Shown here in pieces: positions 53,447 to 63,165 of a stretch of 64,000 bases of DNA. Origin of the DNA: Eledone cirrhosa (lineage: Eukaryota); the NCBI GenBank assembly GCA_964016885.1, contig OZ024742.1, forward strand, positions 285,138,001 to 285,202,000. Direction: 5' to 3'. The notes under the pieces were generated by a model. It did no database searches. It was not told the origin of the DNA and was given only the letters and a program-made list of their open reading frames with translations. Positions within the stretch are counted from its first letter, which is position 1. Each line of letters starts with the position of its first letter. Position numbers and translations under genes: made by a program.

Positions 53447-54124
53447 TGTTGCCGTTCTCTTCTTAGTTTCTCCTTCCGTAGCACGTAATATCTATTTATC
53501 AGTGATGCGATGTTTTTCTGCTCTATCAAGGATGGTGAGAGAATATCTTCTTTTTCCGCTGCTTAAGGTGGTAATGATTGATAGTGTTCTTTATGTGTAT
53601 GTGATGAGTGATTAGTCCTTCAGTTATTATTCACAAATAATATCAATATATATTTATAATGTTTAGTTTAGCGATGTTTTGGATACAATAACAAACAAGG
53701 AAAGTGAAGAAATCGTTAGGAAAAGAAAAAGAATAGCGAACGCCCACGATGGAGTAAAAGAAGAGAGAAGGATGACAAATAAGCAAAATAGCAAATGATA
53801 CTGGTAAAACACTCCTGTTGATGTCTTGCCGGTAGTAATTTGAATGTTGGAACAATCCAAGAAAGAAAGACAAAATAAATAGCAAATACGGCAAGAGCTA
53901 TATACGAATTATTTCCTGGTCGGTCAATGAAATTACAAAACTAAGAAAGAGAATTGGTGGGGAAATGAAATATCTGGTAACGAGTCCGTTGATTTTGCTT
54001 ATATGACGATTAATTAAATAAAAAAAATAAAATGAGCATGAACAGTGCGACCAACACCATTAAAAAAATGACCAGCCTTGTTTTCTTCTCCTTAGCGTGG
54101 CAAGCCGTTTGTATGAATTTTTCA

Positions 54125-54210
54125 CGTTGAATTCCCCGCTACACTTGAACTGACCAATAAATAGCAAGCATTTTCGTCACGTGCTCGCAGGCTTCTTATT
54201 TTGAAAAAAT
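54125..54210 (-). promoter_or_regulatory. Candidate cyclin A cell-cycle promoter
   Basis: CpG-containing island with E2F/CDE-like TTCCCCGC (54132), CCAAT (54154-54158), CRE half-site overlapping an E-box CGTCACGTG (54175-54183) and CHR-like TTTGAA (54200-54205). TSS unknown. Confidence 0.5.
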
Positions 54211-54503
54211 CCGTACTAATTTTCTCAACAGTAGTTCGCTTCACCCCCTTTCCCCTTCATCGTTCAACACACAACTGTTTATAAATTTATTTATTTATTT
54301 ACACACACGCACACACATATATATACACATAGTTTTCTTGAATGTACTGTGTCGTTTGCTTTGTTAATTTGATTTACTTTTTACGCGCACACACATTATT
54401 AAATTGAAGAAAGTTGGTTGATTAAAAATCTACAACTGAAACGTTCTTTCGTGCTTTTATATATATATATATATATATAATGTATAAAAATCAATACAAT
54501 ATA

Positions 54504-54581
54504 ATTACCTCATTACCAGAGGTTTCCCGAATGAGGCGAATACGAAATAAACGACTTCATTCGTTCGTCAGACGAGGCAAT
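54504..54581 (-). ncRNA. Type I hammerhead ribozyme motif (mirror copy)
   Basis: Exact reverse complement of 54727-54804. Confidence 0.75.
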
Positions 54582-54630
54582 ATAAAACATGGGCAAATAC
54601 TTAGAAAAACACATCAAGAAAATCAAAAAC

Positions 54631-54664
<34 letters not shown>

Positions 54665-54726
54665 AAATTTGTTTGATTTTTTTGATTTTCTTGATGTGTT
54701 TTTCTAAGTATTTGCCCATGTTTTAT

Positions 54727-54804
54727 ATTGCCTCGTCTGACGAACGAATGAAGTCGTTTATTTCGTATTCGCCTCATTCGGGAAACCTCTGGTAATGAGG
54801 TAAT
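54727..54804 (+). ncRNA. Type I hammerhead ribozyme motif
   Basis: Stem I ATTGCCTCGT/ATGAGGTAAT; core CTGACGA 54737-54743; stem II CGAATGA/TCATTCG with an A.G mismatch at its base; GAAA 54782-54785; stem III CC-TCT-GG; GUA cleavage triplet ending 54794. Confidence 0.75.
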
Positions 54805-55154
54805 TATATTGTATTGATTTTTATACATTAAATTTTGCTCTGATACTTACATAGAGCACTCTTCATTTCTATGACCTTTTCTGTTTCCAACGGAAATTTC
54901 AATACTTATATATATATATATATATATATCCGCCAAGGTTAACTTTGCCTTTCATCCTTACGGGGTCGATAAAATAAAGTACCAGTAATGCACGGAGTGA
55001 ATTGCTGGCATTGTGCCAAAAGTAGAAACAATTATATATTAAATATACATACATATATATAAATATATATGTATGTATATATCTATGTCTGTGTGTGGGT
55101 CCCGGGTTCAATCGGGGGTAACCACAGTAAGTAGGGTACTCAATAATTAGTAGA

Positions 55155-55205
<51 letters not shown>

Positions 55206-55242
55206 ATATATTAATAAATGGAAACTATATTTATAAAACCAT

Positions 55243-55315
55243 ATTTATTTTATACATATTTCATATTTCAAGGGCAACCAAGGCAAATTATGGTGCGCTT
55301 TCATCAGATAAAATA
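55243..55315 (-). ncRNA. Degenerate hammerhead motif
   Basis: TATTTTAT-CTGATGA-AAGCGCACCA..TGGTTGCCCTT-GAAA-TATGAAATATGT-ATAAAATA; stem III is disrupted by a GAAATAT duplication. Confidence 0.5.
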
Positions 55316-55453
55316 CAGATTTGTTTTATAAATAAATATTGACATACCCATTTATTAATATATTGTGTATTTACTCCACTAATTGTTGAGTGCTTTATAT
55401 CAGTTATAAAAATGTTTAAGCTTGTTGAATCCCAACAAATTAAATATAACCTC

Positions 55454-55825
<372 letters not shown>

Positions 55826-55835
55826 AACACACACA

Positions 55836-56005
55836 CATGGACACACTAGAAGGGGAAGACCAAGGTTAACGTATGTTGATGCACTAAGGACAGACACTGG
55901 TCTGTTGGAGACGCAGGACATGGCAGCGATAATGAGGGACAGAGACTGCTGGAGAGAACTCGTCCATGGATCTCGGGAATTTTACCCGCCTTAGATAGAT
56001 AGATA
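55836..56005 (+). mobile_element. 3' tip of another RTE-like LINE
   Basis: [43 protein letters not shown] followed by an (AGAT)n tail. Confidence 0.7.
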
Positions 56006-56007
56006 GG

Positions 56008-56040
<33 letters not shown>

Positions 56041-56057
56041 GTGTATATATATATATA

Positions 56058-56690
56058 CTAGCCGAATTCCCCGCGCCTTGTTGCGTTTCACACACTTTTT
56101 TAAAAAGAAAATAATGATTGATTTTAAATCAGCGATATAAATTATGGAGAAAAACTCTGCATTTCAATATTACTCAATGTAAAATGTAATGCATGAAGCA
56201 TTCGAAAACATTTTTTGTAATATATTAAATCAAAATTACATTATTAATTCTTATTGTTATTTTGTTTCTTGTAAACAATTTTTTTCAAAATATCAATTCA
56301 AAACTTGATTATTTCATTTTTGTGTAAAGCATTATTTTCAAATTAGAAATTCAAAGTTCCAATACTCAAGTTATGGGCTTCCAAAATTTTAAAACCCCTA
56401 TTAGGGTGTCTTAATATTATTGAAATTTGCTGAAATTTTGTGAATAGGCATCATATCTTGTTATTTACCTATGGTTTAAATTTCATATAAATCGAAGGGA
56501 AACAAATTTGTGCCCCCGGGAAACCCTTTGATTAAATTGAAACATACTTATCCAAGTACCCTGGGCAATGTAGTTTCAGAATATATATGATTGTGGGGGT
56601 CTATCTCCAAAACCATAGGAGGAGTTCCTGAATAAACATACAAACAGACAGGAACTACAACTTTACACACACACATTTATATATATATAT
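56058..56690 (-). mobile_element. Non-autonomous Helitron-like element
   Basis: Minus-strand 3' end GCAACAAGGCGCGGGGAATTCGG-CTAG|T. The 5' region has a TATATAAA..GTCTGTTTGTATGTT microsatellite-like tract as in Lep1/HINE-type elements. Confidence 0.55.
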
Positions 56691-56853
56691 AAAAGAAAAT
56701 TTCGCTCTACATGGCTGAATACAATAAATGTAATCTGAGTTTTTCGAATATTAATAATAACATTCGATTCGTTTGCAATTATGCAAACAGTCCTCATTTT
56801 TATAGCCATGTCAGTAGAATGAACACATCATTCTTGCTCTTGTATTGGCATTC

Positions 56854-56916
56854 GAACAGAACTGCAGACACTAATATTTCTGGGTATCACCCTTCATCGG
56901 TACAGCTTCACTGTTC
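56854..56916 (-). ncRNA. Type I hammerhead motif with bulged stem I (U4C core variant)
   Basis: GAACAG-TGA-AGCTGTA CCGATGA AGGG-TGATA-CCCA GAAA TATTAGTG TC TGCAGTT-CTGTTC. Confidence 0.65.
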
Positions 56917-56974
56917 ACCTGCCAAACTGTCGGAAGCTAGTGAAAATATATGCTATTTTCAAAAATACACAGTG

Positions 56975-57082
56975 ATTGATTGGCCTGATTTGCATATTAG
57001 CAGACTGGCTGATCAGTCAGATCTGCATATTAGCAGATCCACTGATCAACCAGACTTGCATATAAGCAGACTGGCCAGTCAG
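56975..57082. repeat. 33-bp tandem repeat x3
   Basis: TGATCAG(T/C)CAGA(T/C)(C/T)TGCATATTAGCAGACTGGC-like units. Confidence 0.85.
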
Positions 57083-57347
57083 TTTCTGTATACGAGCGAT
57101 CAATGGCCGGCTTTGCCAAATTCAAATAAAAAAGAAAATTTCGCTCTACATGGCTGAATACAATAAATGCATGGCTATCAAATTGAGGCTTGTTTGCATA
57201 ATTGCAAACGAATCGAATGTTATTATTAATATTCGAAAAACTCATATATATATATGTACGTATATATCTATATATCTATGTGTGTGTATGGATCCCGGGT
57301 TCAATCGGGGGTAACCACAGTAAGTAAGGTACTCAATAATTAGTAGA

Positions 57348-57401
<54 letters not shown>

Positions 57402-57470
57402 TTATATTATATATATATATCGTTATATATCTCTCTAAATATATGTATATATTAATAAATATATATACCG

Positions 57471-57546
<76 letters not shown>

Positions 57547-57624
57547 TTATAAATATATATATACATATGTATATATACATTTATAAATATACATATATAT
57601 ATATATTTATAAAAAATATATATA

Positions 57625-57878
57625 TGTCCACTGTAAAGTGGTCGTGTACGTGTCACTCCACATTGTAAAGTGATCCTGTAGGTATCACGATAATAAGCAC
57701 CTAGCACACTATAAATCTGTTTAACGTTAGGAAGGGCATCCAGCTGTAGAAATCAGGCCCAAATCAGTTCTGTGTGAGCAAAACACGGTCCCCGACTTAG
57801 TTGTCTCACAACGGGGCACCTAGTCTAACCCATGCTAGCGTGGAAAATGAACGCTAAACGACGACGACGACGATGATA
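57625..57878 (+). mobile_element. RTE 3'UTR/SINE tail
   Basis: AGGAAGGGCATCCAGCTGTAGAAA..CATGCTAGCGTGGAAAA..(ACG/ATG)n. Confidence 0.8.
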
Positions 57879-57882
57879 CGGT

Positions 57883-58990
57883 CGGAGCTCAGCCGTCGGG
57901 GTCCGGAATCTTTTCATTTATGTATATATATAAATCAGGATGGATTCAGTTTGAAACTGGTGAGACTATTACACACCAGAGTAGTCGATTCTTGGGGTAG
58001 TAGAGTATGGTTATATCCCGACGGCTGAGCTCTTTTCCTGACAACAGCTAGTTCCAGACTCCGTCTGGAACTAGCCTACGAGACGGATTTCCATTTCCGT
58101 ATGGCTTAGACTTAGTAATAACTTTCCATTGAATGGAGTAATTCACGTCTGCATTCTTGAGGGATCATATGTGGCCTGTGAGCTTCGTGGATGATCGTTT
58201 GTCCGGGTGTCTGAATGTCGACAGATGATTCAGGAAGCGTTCTTTAAACCAGCCCTCCATCATACCTACATAGGATTTGACATTTTGTTGTTGATTTGGT
58301 CGGTTAGAAGTGACTACAGCTTCACTGTTGTTGAAGGGGACAAGCTTCAGGCCTTCGACAAGAGCATCCTGATGGGGTTCTGCTCTTGGGGTTGTTGGTG
58401 ATGTGAGCCTTCATATTCTTAGCACAGGAGTATCCGAGTTTCACACTGTCTGTTAAAGATGGAGCAGTATTTATGACCTATGGGGAAGTGCCTATCTAAG
58501 AGAGCTAAAAATCTTTTACCTTCATTAGTTTTAACGTTGAGTGAGAAGATGTGTGTGTGTGTGTATGGGGGGGGGGGAGAGAACCCAATTATTTTCTATT
58601 AGCACGGTTTCTTTTTCTAATGCTGTTGGCGTTAGTAGGGGAGTAAGCAATTGATTGTGTGAAGCCGCTATTAGCTAACGCCGCGTTCTAATTGTGTGCA
58701 GCTCTGTCAAAGATTATTTTATTAGAAGAAAGGTTAGAGATTCTAGTGTCGATATTTTTCACGAAGTTTCTGAAAACTGTAGGTGGGTGGCATGAGTCTT
58801 TGTGTCTATAATTTAGTTTTTCATTAGGTTTATGGAAGAGTCTAAAGGTATGTGTGCGAAGATCTAAATTTATGTAATCTACGCTTGTAAGGTTAGTAGC
58901 TACTTGATCCTAAATCTTAACTCATTAAATTCTGCAATTAATATGTAATCACTGGTAACATGAATAATCTATTATATTCTGAGTCTTCAC
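57883..58990 (-). mobile_element. Decayed Penelope-like element (linker + GIY-YIG endonuclease)
   Basis: Hand translation gives IFDRAAHN.NAALANSGF, FSLNVKTNEGKRFLALLDRHFP..IFNR, CSCRRPEACPL and KSYVGMMEGWFKERFLNHLSTFRH..TKLTGHI*SLKN..IQWKVITKSKPY. Confidence 0.85.
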
Positions 58991-59371
58991 AGTTGTCTCC
59001 CTTATATTCGTATAATTGTTTTTCCTTTTCCGTATAATCTCATTTAAACCGAGCTGATAATAATAATAATAATAAAGAAATGATCGCGTACAGCGCTCAG
59101 GTGCACTACAAGGTGAAACAATTGTTCTCAGAAATGGAGAATTAACTGTTGTGGAACTACTTCTACCAAACTCGTCCCATGAGACTGAGGACTGAGTGCT
59201 CTATTACTACGGATGTAACCAACCAGTGTTCTACTAATATATATATATATATTTTAATATAGAAAAGCTTCTACAAGACTAGAATTGTTTTAATTCGTGA
59301 GAAATCATCGATGATTTCTCACGATATATATATATAATATATAAGAATAAAAGATGGTTAAAAGAGTTCCA

Positions 59372-59444
59372 TGTATTTTATTATGCGCATTTCAAAAACA
59401 AATATCATCATGCAATAATATTTGTGTTTTCATCAGATAAAACA
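59372..59444 (-). ncRNA. Minimal type I hammerhead ribozyme, intact core
   Basis: TGTTTTAT CTGATGA [16-bp stem II, 1 mismatch, GCAT loop] GAAA T-GCGC-A TA ATAAAATACA; palindromic loop III and AUA cleavage site at 59382/59381. Confidence 0.85.
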
Positions 59445-59753
59445 GGAGGACATGATATGAAGGTTAAAAAACACCTGTGGATAGTTCAGTTTTAAATCAA
59501 CATATGAGAAGTGGTTTTAGATTGATGTGTGATATTGGGGAAAATATTTTATTTAGAGGGGGGGGGGGTTTGGCAAGGATGAAAGAAAGGAGGAGATGAG
59601 AGTGAAGGTGGAGAGGGAGGAGTATAATGAGGAAGGATGAGATAGGAGGAGAGATGGGTGATAGAGAGAGAGATATAGCTTTTATAACTGAGAAAGATAT
59701 ATTGTTTTACATAGAGAGGTTGAAAACCGTTGGAAGATAATGTATAAATTAAA

Positions 59754-60454
59754 AGAATTTGAAAATTAACGAAGAGAAAAATAATGTAAAGTTAAGGTTT
59801 GTATATTGAGGGGTTTGATAATATGTGCGAAGAAAAAGAAAGAGTTAATATGTATTGAGAATAATGAGTTAGATGAAAGGGAGAAAAGAATAATGAATTG
59901 AGGATGAATAATCTAACGTCAAAAAAAATGTATATGTTTACGAAGGGTTTTTACAAGGTGATATAGAGTAAGAATGTGTTGTATTATGTAATAATTAATT
60001 CTATGTTAGGCAAGAGTGAGAAAAGGTACAGATTAGGGGTTAGATATTAGAAGAAGAAGAGAGGAAAGGGAAGTGATAAATAGGGGTGATGTAGAAAGAG
60101 TAGACAAGTATTATAGAATTTGAAAGTTAACGAAGAGAAAAATAATGTAAAGTTAAGGTTTGTATATTGAGGGGTTTGATAATATGTGCGAAGAAAAAAT
60201 GAGTTAGATGAAAGGGAGAAGAGAATAGTGAATTGAGGATGAATAATCTAACGTCAAAAAAAATGTATATGTTTACGAAGGATTTTTACAAGGTGATATA
60301 GAGTAAGAATGTGTTGTATTATGTAATAATTGATTCTATGTTAGGCAGGAGTGAGAAAAGGTACAGATTAGGGGTTTAGACATTAGAAGAAGAAGAGAGG
60401 AAAGGGAAGTGATAAATAGGGGTGATGTAGAAAGAGTAGACAAGTATTATAGAA
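59754..60454. repeat. ~360-bp direct tandem duplication in PLE 3' UTR
   Basis: 59754-60114 repeats at 60115-60454, the second copy lacking ~25 bp. Confidence 0.92.
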
Positions 60455-61334
60455 TGTATAATGACCTTTGAAATAAGGTAGAAAGATGGGTATATTTTTA
60501 AAAGAAGTGTATATATATATGTGTGCCTTTGAGAAAAAGATTCTAAATTGATAAAAAATTGAATATTAGCTGTATACTTTGTGAAATGTTTTATGGAATT
60601 TATGCAAGCAGATAGAAAACAAGTCAGTGCGTCTATTTATTATAGAATCTAGATTAGAGATAATGGTAAATTTTTCATTTAGACAGAGATTGCAGATTTT
60701 GGATAGAGAACTGTTCAAACCTTCTTCCAAAAGATGTTATATTTAATATTTTTGTCTTTCAAGGACCATATGAGTTCTGAGAGAGCCGTGTTGGTTCTTT
60801 TAAGTTTGTATTTAAAAGACGAATGATGGTTATAAAGACGAGCTTTAAAAGAGGTGGAAGTGGAGCCAAAATAGGTGAAGGAATTGGTGTCAGTTATAAC
60901 TTTACATTCGTAAATTAAGTTTTTATCAAGACAATGGTTGTTGAGAGGACATTTATTTTTAATAGGGCAATTGCAATTAGAGAGATTATTAATGAGTGAC
61001 CTAGTGTTATCTATAGAAGGAATTGGATTGGAGAAGTTGTTTGCGATAGGAATAATAGTTTCTTGATTTAGAATGGGATTATGAACATTTAGCGAAGTTG
61101 TGTTTGACGTTGTATTTGGGTTTGTAGAAATTAGCCTAGGGTTTACAATGACGTCGGGAGTACTATTATTATGAAATTCAGTGCTGGAAGGAAGAGATTT
61201 AGTATTTAGTATTTTATTGTTGTGTTTAGAGATAATGTTGGAAATGTTGGAGGATGTAGAATAAGAACATTTTATAGTGTGTTTGTTAAATATTTTACTA
61301 TAGATATGTGAGGGAGGGAAGCATTTATTTAAGG

Positions 61335-63165
61335 CATCATCATCATCATCATCATCACCGTTTTACGTCCGTTCTTCCACGCTAGCATGGGTTAGACGGG
61401 TTGTCCTGTTGTGGGCAGTGTCTGGTCGGCTGACCATGCCTTGCTCATACAGGAACTGATCTGGCTTGATTTCTACAGCTGGATGCCCTTCCTAACACCA
61501 ACCTCATTTACAGTGAGTGCTGGGTGCTTTTTCGTGGCGCCTACACGTCCACTTTACAGTGTGGGCTGGGTGCTTTTTTGCCGTGGCACCTCCACGACCA
61601 CCTTGCGGTGGGGGTGGGGGGGCATATTGTTTATATGCTTCAGCATGTACCCATGGGAGGTCGGGTACCCTGTATTACTGCGTGACGCCAGAAGTCACGG
61701 TCGTGTGTCATTGACTTTGAGAGGTGTAGTTGGGTAAGGTCGGCTTTTATCACCTCATCCCAAGTCATCTTGGGTCTCCCCACTCCGCGGTTTCCATCAA
61801 CTTCTAGTGCTCTGCACCTTTTTATGCAGCTGTCATCCTTCATACGCATCACATGTCCATACCAGCGTAACCGCCTCTCCTGCACGCAGCATTTGATTCC
61901 TCTTATGCTCAGTCTCTCTCTCAATTCCTTTATGCTTTGTCGTTCACGTATATTACTGTTACACATCCATCGGAGCATGCAGGCTTCGTTTCTCTCTAAT
62001 CTACGTAAGTCTTCCACCTTCAGCGCCCAGGTCTCACTACCATGCAACATCGCTGTTCGGATACACGCATCATACAGTCTGCCTTTCATTCTGAGGGAGA
62101 AGCCTTTTGCAGCTAGCAGTGGTAGTAGTTCCCTAAACTTCTTCCATCCCGTTCTTACCCTAGTTATTGTACTTTCTGAGCACCCACCTCCGTTGCTAAT
62201 TCGGTCACCTAGGTAGCAGAAGCTGTCTACTGCTTCTACAGGGCCCTCCCAGAGATTGGTGGTACTTGTTTCCTGTGGCTGTTTGCTTGCTGTTTCAGCA
62301 CAGCTGTTGCATGTGAATCCTACATTCTTAATTAAGCTTCCTGAGATCCCGCTACATCTCTTGTGTACCCATTGTTTGCATTTGGGGCAGAGAATGGAGT
62401 TCCTACCTACACCTTTCCTACATACTGAGCAAGGCCATTTCCCTGAGGGGATCTGGGTTCTGTTTTCTCGTCTACTTATAAGGACCTTAGTCTTTGTCAT
62501 GTTGACTTTGAGGCCCTTTCTCTCTAGTCCCTGCTTCCAGGTTTGGAATTTATTCTCTAGTTCTACCATAGATTCAGCTATGAGTGCGAGGTCATCAGCA
62601 TACAGGAGTTCCCATGGGCATCCGGTCTTAAACTCCTCCGTTATTGCCTGCAGGACTATGATGAACAGGAGAGGGCTAAGAACAGAGCCCTGGTGGACCC
62701 CAACCTGTACGCTAAATTCCTCGCTATACTCATTGCCAATCCTAACTTTGCTGACTGCTCCCCTATACATGGCTTGTACCGCTTTCACAAGCCATTCATC
62801 TACTCCTAGTTTTCTAAGAGCCCACCAGATTACTGCACGTGGAACTCTGTCAAAGGCTTTCTCAAGGTCGACAAATGCCAAGTAGAGTGGCTTACTTTTA
62901 GCTAGGTACTTTTCCTGTAATTGCCTCACAAGGAAGAGGGCATCAGTGGTGCCTTTCCCTGGTACAAACCCAAATTGCATCTCGTCTATATTCACCCGGT
63001 CCCTAATCAGCTGTGCTATAACTCTTTCTGTTACTTTCATGACCTGGTCCATCAATTTTATACCTCTATAGTTTCCTCTATCTAGTGCATCGCCTTTACC
63101 TTTGTAGCAGTTGACAATTATGCTACTGCACCAATCTTTTGGTATGGCCCCCTCTAGTATTACCT
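61335..63165 (-). mobile_element. Young 5'-truncated RTE LINE with uninterrupted RT frame
   Basis: Open frame from 63163 to 61640 (~507 aa) with NYRGIKL, DLEKAFDRV, QGSVLSPLLF, YADD and C4HC3 finger; 3' UTR and (TGA)n tail. No endonuclease domain. Confidence 0.96.

Larger units (their letters stand above)
54478..54830. repeat. Perfect 152-bp inverted repeat with 49-bp A-rich spacer
   Basis: 54478-54629 is the exact reverse complement of 54679-54830 (checked base by base). Confidence 0.97.

Noticed and set aside
54513-54795. Mirror-image 68-aa ORFs
   Set aside because: By-product of the palindrome and poly-A spacer.
56711-57157. 148-aa ORF with DQPDLHISRLA repeats
   Set aside because: Arises from a 33-bp tandem repeat inside a non-coding repeat unit, antisense to the hammerhead. 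No family similarity recognised.
57953-58000. CTGGTGA-GACTATT..AGTAGTC-GATT hammerhead-like relic on the plus strand
   Set aside because: Both core boxes are mutated and there is no clear stem I or III. Kept only as weak context.
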